This document shows positions 44,158-55,961 of a DNA stretch of 64,000 nt, in pieces (position 1 is the first letter of the stretch; every line of letters begins with the position of its first letter). Source of the DNA: an uncultured Actinomycetota bacterium (lineage in GTDB: Bacteria > Actinomycetota > Actinomycetes > Propionibacteriales > Nocardioidaceae); assembly GCA_963812345.1 (NCBI GenBank), contig CAWEVA010000023.1, forward strand, positions 70,216 through 134,215, given 5' to 3'. A program made the translations under genes and the position numbers. Under the pieces are notes generated by a model that was not told where the DNA came from, did no database searches, and was given only the letters and a program-made list of their open reading frames with translations.

Positions 44158-44595
44158 TCAGCGAGATTCTGCCTTGCGTAGCACCGACTGGAACTGCCTC
44201 CCGAGCGTGCGCGCTCCGGCGATTGGAATCAACGCGCCAATGAGCCTGCCCCGGAGGGACCTGGGCACGCGCGTCAGCGTGACCTGTACGTCGGTGCCCC
44301 CGGCCGCCGGCGTGAGCTCGTAGCGCCACCCGCTGCCCGGCCCCCACAGGTTCGAGTCCAGGGTGTCTATCGCGACGGTGCCGGCGGCGGCGTCCCAGGC
44401 GTAGCGCTCCCGCTCCCAGCCCATCGCGTTGCCCTCGGTGACCTCGGCCGAGTCCGGGCCTACGTCGTGCACCTTGAAGTGTGCGTCGTCGACGTTCGGC
44501 CACCGACTGGCCCGATCGGGGCCGAAGTCGGTGAACAGCGCCAGCACGTCGCTCGGCGACAAGCTCGTATGAACTGTGAACCGCGTTGTCGGCAT
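44158..44595 (-). CDS. SRPBCC/polyketide cyclase-like protein
   Basis: TDFGPDRASRWPN, VTEG and WERERY motifs; START-like size. Confidence 0.7.
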   Translation of the reverse strand: MPTTRFTVHTSLSPSDVLALFTDFGPDRASRWPNVDDAHFKVHDVGPDSAEVTEGNAMGWERERYAWDAAAGTVAIDTLDSNLWGPGSGWRYELTPAAGGTDVQVTLTRVPRSLRGRLIGALIPIAGARTLGRQFQSVLRKAESR

Positions 44596-44697
44596 CGTGG
44601 GTTCCCTCGGCATCGGCCGGCGGAGGATCCGCCGTTGGGGGACATCATCCCCCTTGGCCTGGAGGCGTCTTCACGTCGTGTCTCCTAGGCTTTTCCC

Positions 44698-46372
44698 GTG
44701 ACCGCACCGAACCCGGCCATCGTGCTGGTCTCCGAGCACCACGTCGACACGTTGAAGGACGAGTTCGGCCGCTATGCCCGCGACTACGACCTGTACACCG
44801 CCACCTCGGCCCGGGAGGCCGCCGTATGCACCCACCAGGTCCTCGACGCCGGGGGCCAGGTGGCGATGTTGGTCAGCGAGTCCGTGCTTCCCGATGCGGA
44901 GGTGCTGCACGCGTTCCACAAGCTGCGTGAGCTGGTGCCGACCGCGCGTCGCGTGATCGCCGCCCACTGGGAGCGGTTCCTGACCGACGGCCCCGGACTG
45001 CGGGCCGGCATGGCCAAGGGCAAGTACGACGCCTACCTGCTGATGCCGCGCGGCGTACGCGACGAGGAGTTCCACAACGCCATCACCGACCTGCTCTCGG
45101 ACTGGGGGTCCACCGTCCCCGACCCGGAGGTCGTGTCGGTCAAGATCATCTCGCCGGTCCGCGACCAGCTGACGCTGGCGATCCGCGACTTCCTCGACCG
45201 GATGGCGATGCCGAGCCGGGTCTGGGAGCCGGACAGCGAGGCAGGCCGGTACGTGATCGACCTGTACGACGGCGAGCCGGAGTACCCGCTGGTCTACGCG
45301 CTCAACCGCCCGCCGATCGTGGCCAGGTCGGTGCGCGACGTCGCCCTCAACGTCTACGGCGCCCCCACCCAGCTCGACCTGGACGAGGTCGTCGACGTCG
45401 CGGTGGTCGGCGCCGGGCCCGCGGGCCTGGCCGCGGCGGTGTACGCCGCGTCGGAGGGGCTGGCCACGGTCGTGCTCGAGGCGGAGGCGGTCGGCGGCCA
45501 GGCAGGCACCAGCTCGATGATCCGCAACTACATCGGCTTCCCGCGCGGCATCTCCGGCATGCGGCTGGCCCAGCGGGCGCGCAACCAGGCGATCCGGTTC
45601 GGCACCCGGTTCTACACCGGCCAGGTGGTCGACGAGCTGCGACCCGGCTTCGACGGCGACGCACACGTGCTCTGCACCGAGAGCGGCGAGGTGCGGGCGC
45701 GGGCCGTGGTGATCGCGAGCGGGGTCGCCTACCGCAAGCTCCGGGTCGAGCCGATCGAGGAGCTGGTCGGGCTGGGTGTCTACTACGGCGCCGCGATGAC
45801 CGCCGCCCGCGAGATGGAGGACCAGGACGTCTACGTCGTCGGTGGCGGCAACTCCGCGGGCCAGGCGGCGGTGCACCTCTCCCGCTTCGCCAGGTCGGTC
45901 ACGATCCTGGTCCGGCGCCCGGACCTCGCCGAGACGATGTCGTCGTACCTGATCGGCGAGATCGAGTACAACTCCCGCATCTCCGCCCGGACCTGCACCG
46001 ACCGTGGTGGACGGTGGTGGTGGCGACGGCGGCCGCCTCGAGTGGCTCTGCCTCGAGGACGTCCGGACCGGGGAGCGGACGACGGTCCCGGCGTCCGGCC
46101 TGTTCCTGCTGCTCGGTGCCGAGCCCCACTGCGACTGGCTCCCCCCAGCCGTGTCCCGCGACGAACGCGGCTTCGTGCTCACCGGGCGCGACGTCCCACG
46201 CGACCGCTGGGTCGACGGGTTGCCGCCGGAGAACCTCGCCACCACCGTGCCCGGCATCTTTGCGGCCGGTGACGTGCGGTCGGGGTCGATGAAGCGGGTG
46301 GCGTCGGCGAGCGGCGAGGGCGCGTCGGTCGTGCCCCTGGTGCACTCGTTCCTGTCCCCGGCGCCGGACTGA
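44698..46372 (+). CDS. FAD-dependent oxidoreductase, thioredoxin reductase-like with N-terminal receiver-like domain (frameshift near 46002)
   Basis: GAGPAGL, GGQAGTSSMIRNY, VGGGNSAG and AAGDVRSGSMKRVASASGEG motifs. Confidence 0.88.
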
Positions 46373-46399
46373 CCTCCCGCTGCGCCCCGGGGGCCGCGG

Positions 46400-47709
46400 C
46401 TATTCGTGTCGTGGTCGGTGTCGGATCCAGTCTGGTGGTGGTCTCCCGGTCTTGGCGGGTGGGAGGAACTCGGGGCGGCGGTCCTCGGCGAGGCGTACCT
46501 GCCAGGGGGTGTGGTGGATGGTGCGGTGGTGGTGGCCGCAGAGCAGCACCAGGTTGTCGAGGGAGGTCTCGCCGCGGTGGATCCAGTGGCGGATGTGGTG
46601 GGCGTGGCACATCACCGGTGGCCGGCTGCAGCCGGGGAACGCGCAGTGGGTGTCGCGGGCGACCAGGGCGGTCCAGATCGCGGGGGTGATGAGTCGTTGG
46701 GTGCGGCCGACGTCGAGGACACACCCGTCGGCATCGAGCAGGACGCGGATCAGGTCGCAGTCACACGCCAGCCGCCGGATCGTGGTGTCGGGCAGGTCGA
46801 GGCCGTCCTCGGTGGCCCCGACCCCGGCGGTGTGGCCGTGGAGGGTTTGGGCGTCGACGGTGACCGCGACCCGGGGCCGGGCGCCGTGGCTGGCGGGTGG
46901 GAGGTCGGTGTCGAGGGCATGCTGGGCGAGCTGGACCAACCCGTCCCACATCCGGGCGCCGTGGTCACGCGGGTCGGGCTGCTCAGCGCAGGTGACCGGG
47001 TCGACCGCCGGGACCGGTTTGGTCAGCGGCAACAGCGCGGCGCGGAGCACGGCACCGTCCTCGACGCTGCCCCGTCCCCGCACCCGGACGCCGCCGCAGC
47101 CGTCCTCGGTCACGGAGAGGCACCGGCCCAGGTGGGCGGCCCGCTCCTCCCGGTCCAGGGCCTGCTCGGCCGCCCGCTCCTCGCGGTCGGGGTCGACCAC
47201 CGAGGCGAGGTGGCGACCCGCCCGGTGCAGGTCGCTGGCGTTGAGCCGCCCGGCCTCCTCGAGCAGTACCTCTTCGCCGCGGCGGCGTACGTGCTCGGCC
47301 AGCGGGAGACGGTCGACGCGCCTCGACCACGACCGATGCCTGCTCCGGCGACACCGCACCCTCGCGCAGCGCCTCCAGCGTGGCTCACCCGCTCGGTGAG
47401 GAGGATCCTGGCCTGGGCCACCGCCTGGCGGCCCTGCCGCCGGGTGGTGCCGGCGAGGTGGGTGAGCCAGTCGGCCGTCGAGGCCCACCCCAGCTCGCGC
47501 TTGGCGGTGTCGCGGACGTCGAGCTCGGCCAGCAGCTCGGCCTCCAGTGCGGCCGCCTTGGCCTTGAGCCGCTGCAGCTCCTGCACCCCCGCGACCAGCT
47601 CCCCGGCCCCGCGCGCCGACCACAACGACCCCGCCACCGCATCCAGCCCGGCACACCCCGCGGCCACCACACCAGCCGGTGTCGGATGCTCGAGCGGGGT
47701 GATCGCCAT
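46400..47709 (-). CDS. DUF222 + HNH endonuclease (13E12-repeat family; frameshifted)
   Basis: RRLACD, LDVGR, ARDTHCAFPGC, HHIRHW...GETSLDNLVLLCGHHH motifs. Confidence 0.9.
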
Positions 47710-47715
47710 GAACCC

Positions 47716-47737
47716 ATTCAAGCCACCGCCACCGACA
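47716..47737 (-). promoter_or_regulatory. PafBC-type (RecA-NDp) DNA-damage promoter, leaderless
   Basis: TGTCGGTG-N8-TTGAAT, 6 nt before the HNH ATG (one mismatch to TAnnnT). Confidence 0.6.
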
Positions 47738-48080
47738 CTTTTCGCACATCTGCTCCCGCCTGTGGACGGGTCGTACGGGAAGCCACGGTGTGGACGCCAA
47801 GTGGGCCTGTGTGGTGCATCTGCTGTCGCCGGACGGGCACGTGACCAGGCTGGATCACGAGCACTCGGATCCGCATCCGGCCCACCGACATCGAGATTCC
47901 CGATTACGGCCTGCTCGGCTTCGTTGGTGACTGACGCGATGACGCGCCGGGTGCCGCGTCGGCAACCGGGCTTGCGTCGCGTCCGTTGGGCATCTGTCGA
48001 GGCTCTCCGCGACCATCCAGCAGGCCGAGGCGTTCGCGAAAGAGCATGTCGCGTCCGATTACGGGTGCGACACTTCCGTC

Positions 48081-51026
48081 GTGGTTTCCCAGGGCGACGT
48101 GCCGCTCGTCGGTCGCGAGCGGGAGCTGACGGTCCTGCGGTCCGCGGTGACCAGTGCGGCCGACGGCAACCCCGGCGCCGTACTCGTCGCCGGCGAGGCG
48201 GGGGTCGGGAAGTCCCGCCTGGTCCGCGCGCTGCTGGAGGACTCGCCGCGTCCGGAAGCACTGGTGTTGCGGGCGCAGTGCGTCGACCTGGGCGAGCCGG
48301 GCCTGCCCTACCTGGCGATGGTCGACCTGGTCCGGGCGGTCCAGGTGGTGGCCGAGGCCGATCCCGAGGTCGCCTCGGTCCTCGACCGGTATCCGGTCGT
48401 GGCCGGCCTGACCGACCCGAAGGCCTCCCGCGACGGCGCCGTCGACGAGTCGCGACGACTCCAGCTCTTCGACGCGATGGCGGCCCTGCTCGCCGACGTC
48501 GGCCGCACTCGTGGTCCGGTCGTCGTCACGGTCGAGGACCTGCAGTGGGTGGACTCGTCCTCGGCGGACTTCCTCCGGTTCCTGCTCAGCCGGATGATCT
48601 CGGAGCGGCTCTCGGTGGTGGCGACCGTCCGGACCGACGGGTTGGCGGCACGACCCAGAGCGCGCCGACTGGTCAGCGAGCTGGGCCGGCTGCCGGCGGT
48701 ACGCCGCCTCGACCTCGAGCCCTTCGATGCGACGGAGGTCGCGGAGTACCTGGCGAAGGTGGACGGCAGCCACACCGACCCGGAGGTCGCCGCCGAGGTG
48801 TTCCGTCGTACTGGAGGGAATCCCTACTACGTGCAGACCCTGGCCGCCGGCATTGGAGAGACCGGCAGCCTGGACGACGGGATCCCGCGCGCGCTGGCGG
48901 ACCTGCTCGTCGGCCGGTTGGACGCGCTGCCCGAAGACGCGCGGACCGTGGTGCGCTGCGCGGCGATCGTCGCGCAGCCGATCTCCGACCGGCTGCTGCG
49001 GCAGGTGGCGGGGCTGGCCGACGCCGACCTGGACGAGGCGCTGCGCGTCGCCGTGGCCGAGGGACTGCTGGCGCCGGACGGCGCGGGCTATGCCTTCGCG
49101 CACGACCTGCTGCGCAGCGCCGTGTACGACGACCTGCTGCCCGGCGAGCGCGCCAGGCTGCACGCCGCCCATGCGGCCGCGCTCGAGGCGGGGACCGCCG
49201 GCCCCGCGCCTCCGGCCGAGGTCGCGCACCACTTCACCGAGGCCGAGGACGCGCCGAAGGTGCTGGTGTGGTCGATCCGGGCCGCCGAGGAGGCGATGCA
49301 GGTCCTGGCCCCGGACGCGGCGCTCCAGCACCTCGAACGGGCCCTGACGACGTGGCCGGACGTCGACGGACGCGGCCTCCCTCGCGGGAGTGTCGGAGGG
49401 ACACGTGGCGGTCCGGGCGGCACGCGCCGCCGGCCTGGCCGGCGAGCCGTCCCGCGCCATCGAGTGGGCCTACCGAGCGATCCGGCTCTGTGACGCCGAC
49501 GACGACGCGCCCGGGGGAGTGCAGGCGCGGGCGGAGCTGGTCCGCCGGCTCGTGGAGGGCGACGCCACCGACCCGAAGGTCCAGCCCGCGGAGGAGGCGG
49601 TCCGCCTCGCCGAGGACGACGCCGTCGATGCGAGCACGGCAGCGCTGGCCCACGTGGTGCTGGCCAGGGCCCTGCTGTCGGCACGTCGTACCGACGAAGC
49701 GCGGCCGCAGGCCGAGCGCGCGCTCGACGAGGCACGGGCCGCGGGCGTGCCGGGTCTCGAGGTGGAGGCGCTCACGACGGTGGCTCTCCTCGCCGAGATC
49801 GCGGGCGATCGGGATGCTGCGGCCGACCAGCTCGGCGCCGCCGTACGGCTGGCGCGAGCGGAAGGCGAGCTCTTCGCCGAGCTGCGCGCGCACTACTCGC
49901 TGGCGTCCCTTCACTACTACAACGGCGACGTCAGCGGGTCGCTGCCGGTGCTGAGGGCGGCCATGACCCGGGTGACCGAGAGCGGCCTGCGGTGGAGCGA
50001 TCCGGGCGTCGAGCTGAGGGTGCTGAACGCGATCGCGCTCTATGTCGAGGGCGAGCTCGACGGCAGCCTGGAGGCAGCGCGAGGCGCCCGAGAGCCAGCC
50101 GCCGGACGTCGCGGCCGCGAGGCTGGCCGCGGTGAGCTGCTACGCGGCCGTCGCGCGGGGGCTCCCGGATGCCGAGCGACGGTTGGCCGCGCTGCGCGAG
50201 AGCTGGGACGCCGATCCGCAGGTCGCCCTGGTGGCCGGTGGCTGCGAGGCCGACCGCCTCCTCTGGGAGGGCGACTTCGCTGGTGCGGTCGCGATCGCCG
50301 AGCGCGCGCAGACCCACCTGGACAACGTGGTCGGTGAGGGCATGTACGGCGGCCTGTGGTTGTCGGCGCTCGGGCTCGCCGCGCTGGCCGACCAGGCGGC
50401 GTACTGCCGCCAGCGGCGCGACGAGGCCGGGGCGGCCGCCGCGCTGCAGCAGGGAGAGGACCTGCTGGCAGCGGGTCGAGCGGATCGTCGAGGGCGGGCG
50501 CGGGCGACCGGGAGACCTGGGACCCGAGGGGCGCGCGTGGCACGCCCGCGCCGTGGCCGAGCACGCCCGGTTGCGTGGCGAGCCGGCCGTCGAGGAGTGG
50601 CAGCAGGCGCTCGACGCGTTCGGCTACGGGCACGTCTACGAGCAGGCCCGCTGCCGCTGGCGGCTGGCCGAGGCATCGGTCGCCGCGGGTGACCGCGCCG
50701 CTGCCCGGACCCACGCCCAGGCGGCGGCCGCCTCGGCTGAGCAGATGGGGGCGGTTCCGCTCCAGCGCGCCGTCGCGGCGACGGTGAGCCGGGCCCGGCT
50801 GGCCGGCCCGGAGACCACGGCTGACGCGGTGCTGACCCGGCGGGAGCGGGAGGTCCTCGCGCTGGTGGCGGAGGGGATGACCAACCGCGAGATCGGGAAG
50901 CGCCTGTTCATCAGCGAGAAGACCGCCAGCGTGCACCTGAGCAACGTGATGACGAAGCTGAACGCCTCCAGCCGGACCGAGGCGGTCACGGTCGCCCACC
51001 GGCGTGGGCTGCTGGACGTCATCTGA
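48081..51026 (+). CDS. Large ATP-binding LuxR-family regulator (AAA + TPR-like + HTH; frameshifts near 49380, 50085 and 50470)
   Basis: LVGRERE, GEAGVGKS, VEDLQWVD, GGNP and LTRREREVL...TNREIG...SEKTASVH motifs. Confidence 0.9.
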
Positions 51027-51153
51027 TCCCTCTCTCGGTAGCCCGGGCCTCAGGCGGGACTGCGTGAATTCCTCATGTCTGAGGTGGGCCCTTAGACCCA
51101 GAGTCGATGCCAAGCCGATCCGCACCGGGCGGAGGCGTCGAGGAGGGAACGAG

Positions 51154-52537
51154 ATGGGAACGTCGTACACGCGCGAGCGGCTCGCGCGACAGGTGACCGG
51201 GGCGGTCCACGACGGCGGGGAGCCCGCCGCCGCCGACGAGGCAGCCGGATTCAACACCGCCGTCACGCATCGACCCGCGGTCGTGGTCGCGGCCAGCAAC
51301 GCAGGAGACGTGGCGGCAGCGGTGCGCTACGCGAACGACGAGGGACTCCCCGTCGCCGTCCAGGCCACCGGGCACGGGGCGGCCGCCGCCGACGGCGCGG
51401 TGCTCGTCTCGACCAAGCACATGCAGGGTGTCCGGGTCGACCCGGTCGCCCGGGTGGCGAGGGTCGAGGCGGGCGTGCGCTGGCGGAAGGTGATCGACGC
51501 CGCCGTACCCCATGGGCTGGCACCGCTGTCCGGATCGTCCTCGGGCGTCGGGGTCGTCGGCTACACCCTCGGGGGCGGGATGGGCCATCTCGCCCGTCGC
51601 CACGGCTTCGCGGCCGACCACGTCCGCTCGGTCGAGCTCGTGACCGCCGGACGGCGAGATCCGGACGGTCACCGCGCAGAGCGACCCGGAGCTGTTCTGG
51701 GCGATCCGCGGCGGCCAGAGCCGGTTCGGGATCGTCTCGGCGCTGGAGTTCGACCTGTTCCCGGTGCCCGAGTTCTTCGGCGGAGCCATGATCTTCGTCG
51801 GCGCCCCCGCCATCGAGGACGTGCTGCACGCCTTCGCCGCATGGGCGCCGACCCTGCCGGAGGAGGTCACCACCTCGGTGGCGCTGCTGCGGATGCCGCC
51901 GATCGAGCAGGTGCCGCCGCCGCTGCGCGGGGTCGTCAGCCTGGCGCTGCGCTTCGGCTTCACCGGCTCAGCTCGGGTGGGCGAGGCGCTGCTCGCGCCG
52001 ATGCGCAAGGTCGCCGCCCCGGTGCTGGACTCCGTCGGCCCGATGTCGTACGCCGCCGTGGACGGCATCCACATGGATCCCCCGGAGCCGCTGCCGGCCG
52101 TCTTCCGCGGCGGACTGCTGCACTCGATGCCCACCGGCCTGATCAACACGTTGCTCGCGGTGGCCGGCCCCGAGGCCGACGTACCGCTGGCGATGGTCGA
52201 GCTGCGGCTGATGGGTGGGGCGCTGAGCCGTCCCGCCGAGATCCCGAACGCGGTGGCCGGGCGCGACGGGGCGTACTCGCTCTCCGTGATCGCGCCGGCC
52301 CCGCCCCCGCTGCTGGCCACCGCCCACGCGGTGACGGCCGGGGTGGTGGACGCGCTGGAGCCGTGGTCGACGGGCACCTCGCTGATCAACTTCGCCGGCC
52401 ACGGCGACGAGCCGAGCAAGGCCTGGACGCCGGACGCGCTCGAGCGGCTGCGGCGGGTGAAGGAGACGGTGGATCCCCGGAACGTGTTCGGTGGCGCGCT
52501 CACCGCTCCTGCTGTTGTTTCGGCGGGTGCGCGATGA
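51154..52537 (+). CDS. FAD-binding oxidoreductase, berberine-bridge-enzyme-like (frameshift near 51650)
   Basis: QATGHG, GVVGYTLGGG, LFWAIRGG and VKETVDPRNVF motifs. Confidence 0.88.
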
Positions 52538-52923
52538 GCCGCCCGCTGGTGGTCGTCGAGCCGGGGCAGGGCCGCCGGGTCGGCAACGTCGAGTTCCTCG
52601 CGACCACGGACGACACGCCCTTCTACAACCTGGGGATCGTCGTGCTCAAGCCGGGGCAGGGGGTCGACGGTCACGTGCACAAGGGGGAGGACGACTCCAT
52701 GCTGGTGCTCGAGGGCACGCTGACCCTGACCGTCGGCGACGACCGCCGGGAGGTGCAGGCCGGGCCGGGCACGTACGTGCTGATCCCCGAGGGCACCTTC
52801 CACGCGCTCATGAACCACGGGCCGGCCGACGTGCGGTTCCTGAACATCCACGCACCCGGCGGGTTCGACCGGCGCATCGGGCTCGGGCACAGGTCCGCGG
52901 AACCCGCCAGCGCAGGCGGGTGA
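52534..52923 (+). CDS. Cupin domain protein
   Basis: HVHKGEDD...VLEG...GPGTYVLIPEGTFH; ATGA overlap. Confidence 0.88.
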   Translation: MSRPLVVVEPGQGRRVGNVEFLATTDDTPFYNLGIVVLKPGQGVDGHVHKGEDDSMLVLEGTLTLTVGDDRREVQAGPGTYVLIPEGTFHALMNHGPADVRFLNIHAPGGFDRRIGLGHRSAEPASAGG

Positions 52924-53002
52924 AGTGGCGCGGTACCCAATCGAAGGCCCGGACCAGCAGGTCCGGGCCTTCGGCAACGACCAGGGCTGCAACCATGGGG
53001 CC

Positions 53003-53960
53003 GTGAAGGCGGTGGTCTACGACCGGTACGGGTCGCCCGACGTACTGCGCCTCGAGGACGTCCCGGTGCCGTCGCCCTCCGCTGGGCAGGTGCGGGTCAA
53101 GGTCGCTGCGACGTCGGTCAACCTCAGCGACTGGGAGGGCCTACGCGGATCTCCTGCGTACGCCCGGATCGGCGGCCTTCGTTCCCCGGCTCGTCGGACG
53201 CTCGGATCTGACATCGCCGGCGTGGTCGACGATGTCGGCGAAGGGGTGACCGGCTTTCGACCCGGAGACGAGGTGTACGGCGACAACCTGGCCCTGATGG
53301 GAGGCTTCGCGGAGTACGCGCTCGCGCCGGCATCCGCACTCGCCCTCAAGCCTGTCCAGCTCACGTTCGCTGAGGCGTCCACGATCCCGCAGGCCGGCGC
53401 GATTGCGCTGCAGGGTACGGCCAAGGTCCGGGCCGGCGCCCGGGTGCTGATCAACGGCGCCGGCGGAGGGTCCGGATCCTTCGCCATCCAGCTCGCCAAG
53501 CGCATCGGTGCCCACGTGATTGGTGTCGACAACGCCGCCAAGCAGGAATTCATGCGGTCGGTGGGCGCGGACGAGGTGATCGACTACGGCCGAGACGACT
53601 TCACCCGTACGACCGAGCGGTTCGACCTGATCCTGGATCTGGTCGCGCACAGGTCGGTCTTCGCCTATCGGCGTGCGCTGGCGCCCGGTGGCAGGTACCG
53701 GTGCGTGGGCGGGTCGGTGCGCGCGCTGCTGCGGGTGCTCATCGGCGGCTCAGTGATCGGGCGGGCCACGGGTCGTTCGATCGGGGTGCTGGTCGTGAAG
53801 GAGGGTCCGGCTCACTTCAAGGCCCTCGCCGAGCTGTGCGCCGCCGGGGATGTCCGGATCCACCTCGACCAGCACCTTCACTCTCGACGAGGTTCCCGCG
53901 GCGCTTGCTCGTGTCGGCGAGGGACGCGCTCTGGGCAAGGTTGTCGTCGCTCCCTCGTAG
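53003..53960 (+). CDS. NAD(P)-dependent alcohol dehydrogenase / quinone reductase family (frameshift near 53872)
   Basis: KAVVYDRYGSP, LGSDIAG, GGFAEY, NGAGGGSG and GKVV motifs. Confidence 0.88.
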
Positions 53961-54096
53961 TTGAACGCGTTCAGACGCTTTCTGACTACCTGTGCCGGCA
54001 GGGATGTCAGGCGGATGCTTGCCATGTCCAAACGAGAGGGGACGTGGGAACTTTCGCGGCGGAATGCTCCACATGTGGGTGGAGAGTTCGGAAGGG

Positions 54097-54168
54097 CGCC
54101 CCCGCTAGGATTCGAACCTAGGCTCCCGCCTCCGGAGGGCGGTGCTCTATCCCCTGAGCTACGGGGGC
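54097..54168 (-). tRNA. tRNA-Arg(CCG)
   Basis: GCCCCCG/CGGGGGC acceptor stem, TAGCTCAG D-arm, CCGCC-CTCCGGA-GGCGG anticodon arm, GGTTCGAATCC T-loop; no encoded CCA; divergent from argS. Confidence 0.96.
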
Positions 54169-54282
54169 TCGAAGGGTGCGGGGATGACCATACAACCGGC
54201 CCGCGGGGGAGAAGAAACCGCCGCTCACCCAGCCCTCGATACTCGTTCGGGACGCGCGAGGCGGCGCCGATAGGCTGGGCCG

Positions 54283-55951
54283 GTGACTCCCGAGCAGCTC
54301 TCCGCCGCGATCGTCGACGTGCTGACGCGCCTCGTCGACGAGGGTGCGATCACCCTGCCCGCCGGGGTGCCGGCGACGGTGACCGTGGAGCGGCCGCGCC
54401 AGCAGGGTCACGGCGACTACGCGACCAACGTCGCGATGCAGCTGGCCAAGCAGGCCGGCACCAACCCGCGCGCGTTCGCCGAGCTGGTCCGGGTGCCGCT
54501 CGAGGCCACCGACGGGGTGGCCGGCGTCGAGGTCGCCGGCCCGGGATTCCTCAACATCACCGTCGACGCCGGGGCCCAGGGCGAGGTCGCGGCGCAGATC
54601 GTGGCGGCCGGGGCGGCGTACGGCCACACCGAGACCCTCGCCGGCAACCGGATCAACGTCGAGTTCATCTCGGCCAACCCGACCGGGCCGATCCACCTGG
54701 GCCACACGAGGTGGGCCGTCGTGGGCGACGCCATCGCCCGCGTCCTGGAGGCGGCCGGGGCCGAGGTGACCCGCGAGTTCTACATCAACGACCGCGGCAA
54801 CCAGATGAACCTCTTCGGCGCCTCGCTCGAGGCCGCCGCCCTGGGCCGGGAGGTGCCCGCCGACGGCTACCGCGGCGACTACATCCCCGAGCTCGCCCAG
54901 AAGGTCGTGGCCGACATCCCGGGGATCCTGGACCTGCCGGACGACGAGCGGATGGTCGCCTTCCGCGACGCCGGCTATGGCCTCCAGCTCGAGGAGCAGC
55001 GGAAGCAGCTCGACGCGTTCCGGACCCACATCGACGTCTGGTTCTCCGAGCGGTCCCTCCACGACAGCGAGGACGTCGCGTCGGGCCTGGAGAAGCTGCG
55101 CGGCGAGGGCCACCTGTTCGACGCGGACGGCGCGCTGTGGATGCGGACCACCGACTTCGGCGACGACAAGGACCGGGTCCTGATCCGCACCAACGGCGAG
55201 CTGACCTACTTCGCCAGCGACACGGCCTACTACGTCAACAAGCGGGAGCGCGGCTTCGACCGGCTGCTCTACCTCCTCGGCGCCGACCACCACGGGTACG
55301 TCGGCCGGTTGCGCGCGATGGCCGCCTGCACCGGCGACGACCCGGCGCAGACCCTCGAGGTCCTGATCGGCCAGATGGTCAAGATCATGAAGGACGGCGA
55401 GGAGGTCAAGCTCTCCAAGCGCTCCGGCGACCTGGTCACGCTCCAGGAGCTCGTCGAGCTGATCGGGGTCGACTCGCTCCGCTACACGCTCGCCCGCTAC
55501 CCCAGCGACTCCCCGCTCACGCTCGACGTCGCCGAGATCACCCGGCAGGCGAGCGACAACCCCGTCTTCTACGTCCAGTACGCCCACGCGCGGGTCTCCT
55601 CGATCCTCCGCAACGGCGGCCGACCTGGGCCTGGAGCCGGCCAAGGCGGAGGACTTCGACCCCTCCCTGCTCTCCCACGAGAAGGAAGGTGCGCTGCTGC
55701 GCGCCCTCGCCGAGTTCCCCCGGGTGGTGGCGAGCGCCGCCCAGCTCCGCGAGCCGCACCGGGTGGCCCGCTACCTCGAGGACACCGCCGCGACCTACCA
55801 CCGCTTCTACGACACCTGCCGGGTGCTGCCGATGGGCGACGAGGAGCCCACCGACCTGCACCGGGCGCGGCTGCTGCTGGTGGCGGCGACCCGCACCGTG
55901 CTCGCCAACGGGCTGAAGCTGCTCGGCGTCTCCGCCCCCGAGCGGATGTGA
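54283..55951 (+). CDS. argS: Arginine--tRNA ligase (frameshift near 55616)
   Basis: [43 protein letters not shown] and APERM motifs. Confidence 0.95.
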
Positions 55952-55961
55952 CGCGGGCGCG

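Noticed and set aside
47800-48080. Possible gene remnant or ncRNA between the HNH and LuxR genes
   Set aside because: No ORF with a clear start or motif and no recognisable RNA family that I can support
51004-52923. FAD oxidoreductase-cupin fusion ORF
   Set aside because: Frameshift artefact near 51650; the intervening translation is off-frame Arg/Gly/Ala-rich sequence
53962-53973. TGAACGCGTTCA palindrome matching the core of the whiB1 operator
   Set aside because: Outer bases do not match and it lies between two convergent 3' ends with no promoter to control
44100-54168. Prophage or integrative element at tRNA-Arg
   Set aside because: No integrase, phage genes or att duplication visible
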